DNA of 64,000 nucleotides, taken from assembly GCA_000092065.1 (NCBI GenBank), contig CP000586.1, one strand, 5' to 3'. Source of the stretch: Ostreococcus lucimarinus. Lineage: Eukaryota. How positions within the stretch are numbered: position 1 is the first letter of the stretch; each line of letters opens with the position of its first letter. Below are positions 19,659 to 28,743 of the stretch, piece by piece. The translations under genes were made by a program, and so were the position numbers. The notes below the pieces were generated by a model that was given only the letters and a program-made list of their open reading frames with translations, ran no database searches and had not been told where the DNA came from.

Positions 19659-20459
19659 TTAAATCTTAACCGTGGCGCGCTGGGCGAGCTCGCGCGCGAT
19701 GATACGCTCGCGAGCGGCGGTCTTCGCTTGCGACTTCACACCCATGATACCACCACCCCACGTTCTGGACGTCTTTTGGAAGACATCGTTGTAGGAAGCC
19801 TTGATGGCTTCGACGAGCTTGGAGAACTCGAGCTTGTCTTCATTCTTGATCGCGGTGAGCGCCAAGGCGGTGGCGGTCTTCTTGTGAACGACCGCACCGA
19901 GACGAGCCTTACCCTTGACGATGCAGTACGGCACGTTCATTTGCTTGCACAAAGCCGGCAACCACACGACGAGTTCGACCGGGTCGACGTCGTGCGCGAT
20001 GACGACGAGTTGCGCCTTGCCTTGCTCGATGAGGTAGGTGATGTGGTTGATACCAAACTTCACCACGACCGGCTTCTTACTCTCAACATCGGCACCCGCG
20101 GCCTCGGCTTGCGCCATACCCGCGAGGCGTTCCTTCTTTTGCGCCGCGTCCTCCGGTCGGTACTTCATGAGCAGCTTGAACAAATTCGTCGCCAAGTTTT
20201 TATCCAACGTATTGTTGAACTGGTTCACAGCCGGCGGCACCTTCAATCGCTTTTGCAGCACCCGTCGCTGACGTTGAATGCGCACATACTTCGGCCACTT
20301 CACGTAACGGTTCAGCGGCGTCTTCACCGGCAGCGAGTTCCCGATGCCGAAATTCTTCGGCCGGCGCTCGAACAACGGGTTCGTCGGGCCCTTCGGTTCC
20401 TTCTTCGGTTGCTTCGCCTTGATCGCGGCCGGCGCGGGCGCGGGCTTCTTGCTCGGAGC
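19659..20459 (-). CDS. RPL7A: 60S ribosomal protein eL8 (L7a), exon 2
   Basis: Strong match to plant and animal L7a ([14 protein letters not shown]..., [29 protein letters not shown]..., [38 protein letters not shown]). The ORF-track start at 20375 is a TTG. The reading frame stays open upstream to a CAG| acceptor at 20460-20462, giving [31 protein letters not shown].... Confidence 0.85.
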   Translation of the reverse strand, partial: APSKKPAPAPAAIKAKQPKKEPKGPTNPLFERRPKNFGIGNSLPVKTPLNRYVKWPKYVRIQRQRRVLQKRLKVPPAVNQFNNTLDKNLATNLFKLLMKYRPEDAAQKKERLAGMAQAEAAGADVESKKPVVVKFGINHITYLIEQGKAQLVVIAHDVDPVELVVWLPALCKQMNVPYCIVKGKARLGAVVHKKTATALALTAIKNEDKLEFSKLVEAIKASYNDVFQKTSRTWGGGIMGVKSQAKTAARERIIARELAQRATVKI

Positions 20460-20884
20460 CTGCGAAAACAGAAAAAGTGTGCGCGCGCGTCAGTCCACCG
20501 TTCGCGCGATGCGTCGCCCGCGTCGCCGCGTCCACTCGCGTCCACCCCCGCCGCGTTCGCGCCTAGGGCTTTCCCGATCCCCCGCCCCCCCGCGTCCGTC
20601 CTCCCGTCGCCCGCGATCGACCGCGCGCCCGCCGCGTCGCGCCGCGCGATCGATCGCGTCGATTTCATCCATCCGCCCGCGCGCCGCGCGCGCGCGCCCG
20701 ACCGCGACGCCGTTCGCCCGCGCGATCGCCCGCGCGTCCGTCGCGCCCGCGACCCTACCCGCGGCGTCCCATCGTCGCGCCGTCGTCGTCGCGCGCGCGC
20801 CGTCGCGCCGCGCGCGCGCCGTCGTTCGCGTCGCCGCCATCGTCGCCATCGTTCGCGTCGTCGCGTCGCGTCGTTCGCGCGCAC

Positions 20885-20887
20885 CAT
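20885..20887 (-). CDS. RPL7A: 60S ribosomal protein eL8 (L7a), exon 1 (start codon only)
   Basis: The minus strand reads gacgacATG|GTGCGCG at 20887-20879. The ATG is followed immediately by the same GTGCGC donor hexamer seen in other introns here. Joining to the phase-0 acceptor at 20459 gives [10 protein letters not shown].... Compare Arabidopsis MAPKKGVKVA.... An ACTGAC branch motif lies 30 nt upstream of the acceptor. The intron is 423 nt. Confidence 0.45.
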
Positions 20888-20981
20888 GTCGTCGCGCGTC
20901 CGTGAGAGACGGCGCGCGCGCGTCGACGCGCGCGCGCGTCGCGGCGCCGAAACGCGGCGTCGATGATCCGTGTTGTGCGCG

Positions 20982-21189
20982 ATGCTCGAGTCTCGCATTC
21001 GCCGACCGATGCGTCGCCACTCGGCGTCGCGCGACCGACGCGCGATGCGCGACGACGACGCCGCGACGCGCGACGACGACGCCGACGCGTCGCGCGACGC
21101 GCGCGCGACGTCGACGGCGCGCGACGTCGACGGCGACGCGACGCGACGCGACGCGGAGGATGGAGGCGCGCGAACGCGCGACGACGACG

Positions 21190-21225
<36 letters not shown>

Positions 21226-23102
21226 CGATCGGCGGGAAGCGGAAGAAACCGTCGGTGGGGTACAGGGACATGGCGCGCGGGCACGCGCGGGCGGAGCGCG
21301 GGAAGAAGGCGAGGGACGGCGACGGCGACGGCGAGGCGAGCGGCGAGGCGAACGCGCGAGCGCGGGAGACGAATTGGATCGCGAGCGCGCGAGCGAGGCG
21401 GGGAGAGACGATCCTGACGAAGACGCAGGTGGCGAAGTTGGCGGGGAAGCTGCCGTACGGGTTGGAGTTCTTGGGCGTGGATGGACCGATCGGGCACGTG
21501 TCGCGGGAGGGCGCGCTGTACGGGACGAGCGAGGAGGAGGCGCGGCGGTGGTCGGCGCGCGCGGCGGTCGCGTTGGGGCCGACTGGGGATGATTTTTTAC
21601 CGGACTTTGGGTTGGGTGTGGTTGGCGTCGGGCCCTCGACGTCGAAGCGCGGGATGACGAAGAAGGGCAAGGCGAATGGGGTGGGGATGGCGGCGCGCGC
21701 GCACGCGGCGCTCGCGGCGGATCCGTTTGCGGCGCTCGTCGTCGACGTCGAGGATCCGGTGCGTCCTCCCTCGCGCGGGATCGGTGGGATCGGTGTTGGC
21801 GGCGGTACGACGTCGCAGAGTAAGCGCGCGAGGGCGGAGGATCGCTCGAAGCGCGTCGCGCTGCGAAAGCGTCTGATAGAGCTCGAGAACTTGGTGAATA
21901 ATCTCGGCAAACGCGCGACGGATTTGGTCGAGCGGCGAGACGAGTTGAGCCTCATCGCCCAAACCGCCAACGCCAGCGTGAACGAGATCGACGCGAAGCG
22001 AAAGGTGTCATCGGTCTCTCGAGGGGTCTCGGCGATTCGGCAGAAGTTAGCGTGCAAACCGGACCAACAGCACGGGTTCAACACGCTTCGATACCGATGC
22101 TTATTGGAAATCGTGCACAAGCAGTGCTTGTCCGCGGTGCGGCAATTGATGGCCCACAAGTGGGGGTTTCCGTTCTCCGCGCCCGTGGACCCGGATGCGT
22201 TAGGTTTACCGACGTACAGGGAAATCATCACCGAGCCCATGGACTTGGGGACGATCAAAAAGCTCATAGAGAACGGCGGCAAGTACGTCATGGCGGAGGA
22301 GGTTGACGCCGACGTGCGTCTGACGTTTGCGAACGCGATGAAGTTCAACAATGAAGGCACAGACGTCCACACCATGGCTTGCGGGCTCTTGGACGAGTGG
22401 GAACCGAAGTGGGAGGCGATTAAGCAACGAATCGCCGACGTCGAAGCGTGCGTTTTAGTCGAGCGAGACATGGCGGTGGCGAAGAATGAAGCCGCGCAGC
22501 GACGCGCCGACGTGGTGAGCAAGGAGAAGGAGTGCGCCAAGGCCTCTGAAGCGCTCGATCTCGTAAGTATGCAGCTTCGAGAAGTCGAAACGCAGGTATT
22601 GGCGCTCATGCGCCCGTTGCAGCGCGAAGATCGTCTCGATTTGGCTTCCGATTTGCGATGTTTGCCGGAGAGCTTGCGCTCTGGCGCCAAGGACATCATC
22701 GCCGCAAACACCACCGGATGGAGCGCGCAGGCGCACTTAGAAGACATCGACGCCCACAACGAAATCACGTTACATCTCTTGGCCCGATACACGAAGACGA
22801 TGAATAGAAATAGACTAGCTGTGGTCGCAGGATGGTGCGGTAACGCCACGCCCGAGCACTTGCTCGAAAAGTTAAAGCAGGAACAAGACGTCTCCGCGGA
22901 CACCGTCAACTTCGTCATCGGCCAACCTTTAGACGACGCGACGAGTGGTTTAGGCATACGGTCCATCGATCACATGCAGGATGAGTTCGATTTCGATCCA
23001 TCCGCGTTCAACGACCTCCTCAACGGCGTGCCTCTCGACGTCGACGGAGACGCAATCGACATCGACATCGGCGCCGGCGACCACATGGACTTGGATCTGT
23101 AG
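20982..23102 (+). CDS. bromodomain-containing protein (BET/GTE-like: single bromodomain, NET/ET-like region, acidic C-terminus)
   Basis: Bromodomain WGFPFSAPVDPDALGLPTYREIITEPMDLGTIKKLIENGGKYVMAEEVDADVRLTFANAMKFNNEGTDVHTMA, followed by coiled-coil and ET-like segments. The N-terminal 140 aa are low-complexity and include poly-Thr from (ACG)n. The true start could be further downstream; the first ATG in the ORF is 20982. Confidence 0.65.
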
Positions 23103-23329
23103 CACCGTGATCGGACGACGATATCGATAATGTAATATGACCGCGTGATGAATGATGAACGCGCGGCGCACCGACGGCCGCGTGCCGCATTCTTCGCCGC
23201 GCGCGAGGCTTCCTCGCGCTCGGCGATTCGCCAAATCCGCACTCCCGCGCTCGAACCAACCTCTCGCGTCAACGCCCGTCGCGCTCGATTCATCATCGCT
23301 CGACCGACGCGCGTGCATCGGTCGTCGTC

Positions 23330-25255
23330 ATGGTGCTCTCGCTCCGGCCGCGGCAGCGCCACGCGGTGATAGAGCTGCTCAACTTGACGAAGAATTCAAA
23401 CAAATCATCGATCGCGGCTTCGTTCGGCGCCAACGCCGACGCGGACGCGGACGAAGCGAACAACTACAAGCTTCTGATCCTAGACGCGTTTACGCACGAC
23501 GTCATCGCGCCTCTGGTGACGGTGAAGGACCTGCGCGATCACGGGGTGACGCTGCACCTGCGGCTGCGACAGGAGCGCGAGCAGATACCAGACGTGCCGG
23601 CGGTGTACTTTGTCTCGCCCACGCCCGAGAACGTCAAGGCGATCTCGGGTGATTTTGCAAACTCTCTGTACGATGCGTATCACCTGAACTTCGCGAGCGC
23701 GCTGCCGGCGAGCGCGTTGGAGGAATTGGCGACGAGCGCGGTGCGCGGCGGCGTGGACGGACGAGTCAAGTGCGTGCGAGATCAGTACTTGGGGTATGTG
23801 TCGTTGGAGGATGACTTGTTTGACCTCGCGATTGATGATGGATATCGGTTGTTGCACGATCCGCGCGTGGCGGAGAAGGATGTAGAGCGATTGATCGCGA
23901 ACGTGACGACGGGCTTGTTTAGCGCGTGCGTCACGCTCGGGCAAGTGCCGGTGATTCGATCGCAGCGCGGTGGCGCTGCTGAGATGGTGGCGAAAGAGTT
24001 GGAATCGCGAATTAGAGATGCTTTGGCGCAGAGAGACAATCCCTTCGAGGGCGGACTTCGCGCGCAGTACGGCGGGAGCTCGGTGCAGCGACCGTTGTTG
24101 TGCCTGTTTGATCGAAATTTTGACTTGACGGCAATGTTGCAGCACGCTTGGACGTATCAGCCCCTCGTGCACGACGTTTTGCGAATGCGCTTGAACCGCG
24201 TGGACGTCGATGCCGACGCCCCGACCGGGGTCACCACCGGTGCCAAGCCTAAAAGTTACACGTTGGAGCACAGCGATCCGTTTTGGGCGGAAAACGCTAG
24301 CGCGCAGTTTCCGAAGGTTGCCGAGGAAGTCGAGGCAGAGCTGGCGAAGTATAAAGAGGCGATCAAGCGTGTGAATGCACAAGCTGCGATGGCCGACGGC
24401 GACGCTGATGCACTGGGGAATAGCACGGCGAAGCTCGCGGACGCGGTGCAGTCGCTCCCCGAGCTTCAAGAGAAGAAGCGCGTCATCGACAAGCACACCA
24501 ACATCGCCACCGCCTTGCTTGGAAGCATCAAGCAACGTGGATTAGATGAGTATTACGCCATAGAAGAAGATTTGCTCGTCGGTAAAGGTGATAGGCCGTC
24601 GGTGATGAGTCTATTGCAAGCTACAGGTCGCGGAAGCGCCGAGGACAAGGTTAGACTCGCAATCGTGTACACGCTTTCGGCGACGGAAGGCATCTTGCCG
24701 CAAGACGCCGAGGAAATTGAAGGCGCGCTACGCGCGAGCGGAGCCAATACATCGGCGTTAGCGTACGTCAAGCGCATGATGAGCTTGAATGCAAGTCTGA
24801 AGAATATGTCTGGCGGCGGCGACGCCGGTCATCGACGCTCCAACTCGAGCCAAGGCAACATCTTAGAGTGGGCCGATAAGCTTTACGGTCAAAGTATCAA
24901 CACCATCACCAAGGGTGTGAAGAACTTGCTCAGCGGCGAGCGCGTGCTCCCCATCGCTGTCGCTTTTGACGCGCTCATGGCGAACCAGCCCGGTCCGGAG
25001 ACGGCGGATTACGCGTACCTCGACCCCAAAGCCCCGCACGGCAAACCCGTCGGGCCTCGCGAGGGCGATCCCGCGTTTCACGATGGCATCGTTTTCGTCA
25101 TCGGTGGCGGTAACTACCTCGAGTACCGATCCCTCGTCGAGCTCAAGTCGCGCGAGCGCGCCAACGTGCGTTCCGTCGTCTACGGCTCCACTTCGCTGTG
25201 TCACAGCGAAACCTTTCTCAGCACCTTAGCCAGCCTAGGCGCCGCCGCGTCGTGA
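23330..25255 (+). CDS. SLY1: SLY1 / SCFD1 (Sec1/Munc18-family SNARE regulator)
   Basis: Full-length Sec1-family protein. The N-terminus MVLSLRPRQRHAVIELLNL resembles the Sly1 N-terminus. Family-typical segments occur throughout (LILDAFTHDVIAPL, LLCLFDRNFD, IVFVIGGGNYLEYRSL). Confidence 0.85.
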   Translation: MVLSLRPRQRHAVIELLNLTKNSNKSSIAASFGANADADADEANNYKLLILDAFTHDVIAPLVTVKDLRDHGVTLHLRLRQEREQIPDVPAVYFVSPTPENVKAISGDFANSLYDAYHLNFASALPASALEELATSAVRGGVDGRVKCVRDQYLGYVSLEDDLFDLAIDDGYRLLHDPRVAEKDVERLIANVTTGLFSACVTLGQVPVIRSQRGGAAEMVAKELESRIRDALAQRDNPFEGGLRAQYGGSSVQRPLLCLFDRNFDLTAMLQHAWTYQPLVHDVLRMRLNRVDVDADAPTGVTTGAKPKSYTLEHSDPFWAENASAQFPKVAEEVEAELAKYKEAIKRVNAQAAMADGDADALGNSTAKLADAVQSLPELQEKKRVIDKHTNIATALLGSIKQRGLDEYYAIEEDLLVGKGDRPSVMSLLQATGRGSAEDKVRLAIVYTLSATEGILPQDAEEIEGALRASGANTSALAYVKRMMSLNASLKNMSGGGDAGHRRSNSSQGNILEWADKLYGQSINTITKGVKNLLSGERVLPIAVAFDALMANQPGPETADYAYLDPKAPHGKPVGPREGDPAFHDGIVFVIGGGNYLEYRSLVELKSRERANVRSVVYGSTSLCHSETFLSTLASLGAAAS

Positions 25256-25417
25256 TCGTCACGGCGCGTGCATTGTATCTCATTCACCACCGTCTTAGCG
25301 TCGAATTCGCCTCCGCACGCCCGATCGCCTCGCGTCGCGTCGCGCGAGACGACTCCGCCTCGTCGAGGCGACTGCACCACACAGAAACGCGTCGCCCGCG
25401 TCACTTGCGCGCGCGCG

Positions 25418-25442
25418 ATGCGAGGCAAACTCGAAGTCAATG
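25418..25442 (+). CDS. C2-domain protein, exon 1 (micro-exon MRGKLEVN + 1 nt)
   Basis: The main ORF at 25562 starts with GTG and has no upstream in-frame ATG before a stop. ATGCGAGGCAAACTCGAAGTCAATG|GTGCGCGC at 25418-25448 supplies a start and a GTGCGC donor. An ACTGAC branch at 25530 and a CAG| acceptor at 25566-25568 follow. The joined protein MRGKLEVNVLSAIRLRDTQTFGKQDPYVVLK... is a typical C2-domain start. Confidence 0.55.
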
Positions 25443-25568
25443 GTGCGCGCGCGAGCGCGAGAAATAGCGAAACGCGCGACGCTCGCGACGCTCGCGAAAC
25501 GCGCGCGCGACGAACGAACGCGCGACGGTGACTGACAAGATGAGTTGATTAATGTCTCCGCGTGGCAG
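25443..25568 (+). other. spliceosomal intron of the C2-domain gene (126 nt; GTGCGC...ACTGAC...GCAG)
   Basis: See the C2 exon features. Confidence 0.5.
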
Positions 25569-26401
25569 TTTTAAGCGCGATCCGACTGCGAGACACGCAA
25601 ACGTTCGGGAAACAAGACCCGTACGTCGTGCTGAAATGCGGCGGTCACGCGGATACGTTCCGAACCAAGGTGTGCCGAGACGGAGGCACGGCGCCGAAGT
25701 GGAACGAACGATTCACGTTCGCGCTCGCGGGCACGGAGGGGAATGAGCTGAACTTGAGAATTTGGAATAGGAACACGATGACGAGCGATAAGTGCATCGG
25801 AAGCGCGACGGTGAAGCTAGATGCGGTGTTTAAGAATGAGACCGATGATGTGGATGTAGAGGTGTTTGATACGAAGGGAAGAGCGGCGGGAGTGATTAAC
25901 TTGGTGCTGACGTTTACGCCGAGCGGTTCGTACGTGGTGCAGCAGCAGCAGCAGCAGCCGGCGTACGTGGTACAGCAGCAGCAGCAGCAGCCGGCGTACG
26001 TGGTGCAGCAGCAACAGCAGCAGCCGGCGTACTTGGTGCAGCAGCAGCAGCAGCAGCCGCACGTGGTGCAGCAGCAGCAGAAACCGCGTGGGCTCGTGAG
26101 GCGTCTGACAGGCAGAGGCCAGTACACGCTTGGCGATATTTACGACATAGGGGCCCAACCGCGGCCGGCACAGCCTCAGCAAGCCACGCCGAACGTGACG
26201 TACGTGCAGCTTCCTGCCTATGCGGCGCAACATGCGCCAGAGGCGCCGCCGGGCTACACGCCCACGCCGATCGGCGTCGTTCACGGAGGATACGCTGGCG
26301 GCGGCAACCACATGATGCCGCCGCCGCCAGGTTGGAATAACGCCCCGCAATCAGGCGGGCACGCGCAGTACGGCAACGACGACGACGAATGGGGAGTATG
26401 A
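25569..26401 (+). CDS. C2-domain protein, exon 2; C-terminal Gln-rich tandem repeats (YVVQQQQQQPA x4) and Pro/Gly/Tyr-rich tail
   Basis: C2 signatures are present (GKQDPYVVLKCGG, TAPKWNERFTFAL, LNLRIWNRN). A 33-bp coding repeat x4 lies at 25931-26062, and the tail is low-complexity P/Q/Y/G. Confidence 0.75.
25931..26080 (+). repeat. coding tandem repeat, 33-bp unit x4.5 (TACGTGGTGCAGCAGCAGCAGCAGCAGCCGGCG), encoding YVVQQQQQQPA repeats
   Basis: Direct inspection shows copies at 25931, 25964, 25997 and 26030 with 1-3 substitutions, plus a partial fifth copy. Confidence 0.9.
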
Positions 26402-26565
26402 GCATGAAGATGATCGATAAGAATGTCGACGTGTAATCTCAAGTCTAGAAATTTCGCATGGTAGCGGCGCATTCCGGATGGATAGTGGTTGTCATTAAAT
26501 CAGCGGTACTCGCGCGGGGCGGGTTAAAAATCGTGTCGAGTCGATGGAAATCGCGCGTGATCGAA

Positions 26566-27633
26566 TCACACCGGGCGGCCGAACAATTTCTTGATGCCGA
26601 CGTCCGGGGTGTCCTGCTTGACGAGGGACTCGCCGACCAAGACCGCGCCGACGCCGGAATCTTGCAACAAGTTGACGTCGTCGATGGTGAAGATTCCAGA
26701 CTCGCCAACCATGGTGATGCCGCGTCTCTTAACCTCCTCGCCGAGCGGCCCGTTCATGAGATCGGTGGTGACGCTCAAGCTGACCTCAAACGTTCCCAAA
26801 TCCCGGTTGTTGATGCCGAGCAAATCGATGGGAAAGTCTCCGTCCAACACGCGCTTCATCTCCCCGTACGTGTGCACCTCGATCAAGCACTTCATGCCCA
26901 GCGAGTGCGCAATCTTAATGAAGTACTTCAAATCTTGGTTGGGCAAAACCGCGGCGATCAACAAAATCGCGTCGGCGCCGTACTTGCGCGCGAGATAAAT
27001 TTGATACGCGTCCACGATGAACTCCTTGCAGAGCAACGGGCACGTCACCCCAGCCTCGCGAATGAGCGCCAAGTTTTCAAATCCACCCTGAAAGAACTTT
27101 TCATCCGTCAACACGCTCAAACACGCCGCCCCACCCTCCTCGTACGCCTTCGCGATTTTCACCGGATCAAAATTCGGCTGAATCACCCCCTTCGACGGCG
27201 ACGCCTTCTTCACCTCCGCGATCAGTCCCGGCTGTTTCGTCGCCGCCAACTGATCCGTGATCGCCTTCACAAAATCCCTCGTCGGCGGCGCGTTCACCAG
27301 CGCCGTTCGCACCAACTGCAACGGGAATTTCTCCTTGCGTTCCGCGAGTTCCACGTCTTTATACCACACGATCTCCTCCAAGATGTTCTTCGGCTTGTTG
27401 TTCTCGTTCGTCACCCGCTCGCCCGTCGGCGCGACTTCCTCGATCACGAACTCAAACTGTCCGACGCCCAGGTCGTGCTTGGACGGTCCGTTCGGCGGTC
27501 GTCGTCGGATGCTCACCGCGCCGTCGTCCACGCCCGAGGGCGCGCTCGCGCGCGGGCGCGTCGCGCGTCGCGCGCGTCGCGCGTCCCGTCGCGCGCCCGT
27601 CGCGAGCGTCGCGCGTCCCGTCGCGGCGGACAT
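26566..27633 (-). CDS. TRPC: indole-3-glycerol phosphate synthase (TrpC), plastid-targeted
   Basis: IGPS signatures are present: ILEEIVWYKDVELA, IAEVKKASPSKGVI, ACLSVLTDEKFFQG, and the GINNRDL motif (LLGINNRDLGTFEV). An N-terminal Arg/Ala-rich presequence precedes them. ATG at 27633. Confidence 0.85.
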   Translation of the reverse strand: MSAATGRATLATGARRDARRARRATRPRASAPSGVDDGAVSIRRRPPNGPSKHDLGVGQFEFVIEEVAPTGERVTNENNKPKNILEEIVWYKDVELAERKEKFPLQLVRTALVNAPPTRDFVKAITDQLAATKQPGLIAEVKKASPSKGVIQPNFDPVKIAKAYEEGGAACLSVLTDEKFFQGGFENLALIREAGVTCPLLCKEFIVDAYQIYLARKYGADAILLIAAVLPNQDLKYFIKIAHSLGMKCLIEVHTYGEMKRVLDGDFPIDLLGINNRDLGTFEVSLSVTTDLMNGPLGEEVKRRGITMVGESGIFTIDDVNLLQDSGVGAVLVGESLVKQDTPDVGIKKLFGRPV

Positions 27634-27786
27634 CGAGCGCGTCGCCGGTCGTTCGCGCGCGCGTGTGACGCCGCCGGCGCGTCGTTCGCGCGCCCGGATA
27701 ACCTCGTCGAGTCATGACTCGTCGAGAGTCCCTCCCGGGCCGCGCGTCCCTCGCGCGCGCCGCATCGCGCGACGCCGACGCGAGGC

Positions 27787-28632
27787 ATGCTCGCGCGCGG
27801 CGCTTCGGCGGCGGTGCATCGCGCGAGCGCGAAAGGTGCGCGCGACGCGCGCGCGCGACGGGACGATTCGCGCCGCGCGCGACGCGACGACGATTCGATT
27901 CGCCGACGTCCGTTGAGGGTTTCCGCGCGCGACGTCCGACGCGACGGCGGGACGCGCGGCGCGCGGGAGAGACGGCGCGAGGGAGGGACGGCGCGAAGGC
28001 GACGCGCGCGCGCGGCGGGCGACGTCGCGCGCGCGGACGAAGCGCGCGCGAACTCGGAGACTGACGAAGGCGACGCGGCGACAGGGACGCGAACGGGACG
28101 CTCGAGGACGGCGCGTCGAGCGAACGCGAGCGCGAGCGCGACGCGGGACTCGGCGTCGAACGATGAATCGACGACGTCGTCTTTCGTCGCGTTGACTGGA
28201 TTCGTGCGCGCGCGGGAGGTGATGGCGGTGGCGAGCGACGCGGCGCGACGCCAACGCGCGCTCGGCCGGGAGATGGTGAGCGCGAAGTCGACGACGAAGA
28301 TGTCCGCCGTCGCGCCGTTGTTCACGCTCGCGGCGGTGACGATGGTGGACAGGAAAATGATACAGTTAGTGACGCAGTCTGTGGCGTCGTTCATCAAGTT
28401 GTATCTCTTGTTGCTCTTCGTGCGGGTGTTGCTGACGTGGTTTCCAAACGTCAACTGGATGCGCCAGCCGTGGACGATGCTTCGTCAAGTCACCGATCCG
28501 TACCTGAACTTGTTCAGGAACCTGATTCCACCCGTGATGGGGCAGATTGACTTCACGCCCATCCTCGGTTTCATGGTTCTGCAATTCCTCGCGCGCGTCC
28601 TCTCGGCGGATTCCGGGATGGGTAAATTCTAG
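27787..28632 (+). CDS. YggT/Ycf19 family membrane protein (YlmG-like), with long N-terminal presequence
   Basis: The C-terminal approximately 90 aa match the YggT family (LFVRVLLTWFPNVNW, QVTDPYLNLFRNLIPP, IDFTPILGFMVLQF). The start is uncertain: ATG 27787 or a later Met such as MAVASD. Confidence 0.6.
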   Translation: MLARGASAAVHRASAKGARDARARRDDSRRARRDDDSIRRRPLRVSARDVRRDGGTRGARERRREGGTARRRRARAAGDVARADEARANSETDEGDAATGTRTGRSRTARRANASASATRDSASNDESTTSSFVALTGFVRAREVMAVASDAARRQRALGREMVSAKSTTKMSAVAPLFTLAAVTMVDRKMIQLVTQSVASFIKLYLLLLFVRVLLTWFPNVNWMRQPWTMLRQVTDPYLNLFRNLIPPVMGQIDFTPILGFMVLQFLARVLSADSGMGKF

Positions 28633-28743
28633 TACGCTCGTGATGTAACGAAGAAGGCTCGTATTTTTGACTGGACGAGACGTTCGCGCGGTTGAACAAT
28701 TTCGATGCGTGCGTGAAATGAATCGTGTATTGTACAGAATGTT

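Noticed and set aside
20324-22966. 880-aa ORF on the minus strand, the longest minus-strand ORF in the region
   Set aside because: It is antisense to the bromodomain gene, which has a bona fide bromodomain. Its translation is dominated by R/A/S runs (RRRRRRRR, ASSSR...). It is not coding.
26458-27717. 419-aa ORF on the plus strand
   Set aside because: It is antisense to indole-3-glycerol-phosphate synthase, whose conservation is unambiguous. Its product is low-complexity R/L/H-rich.
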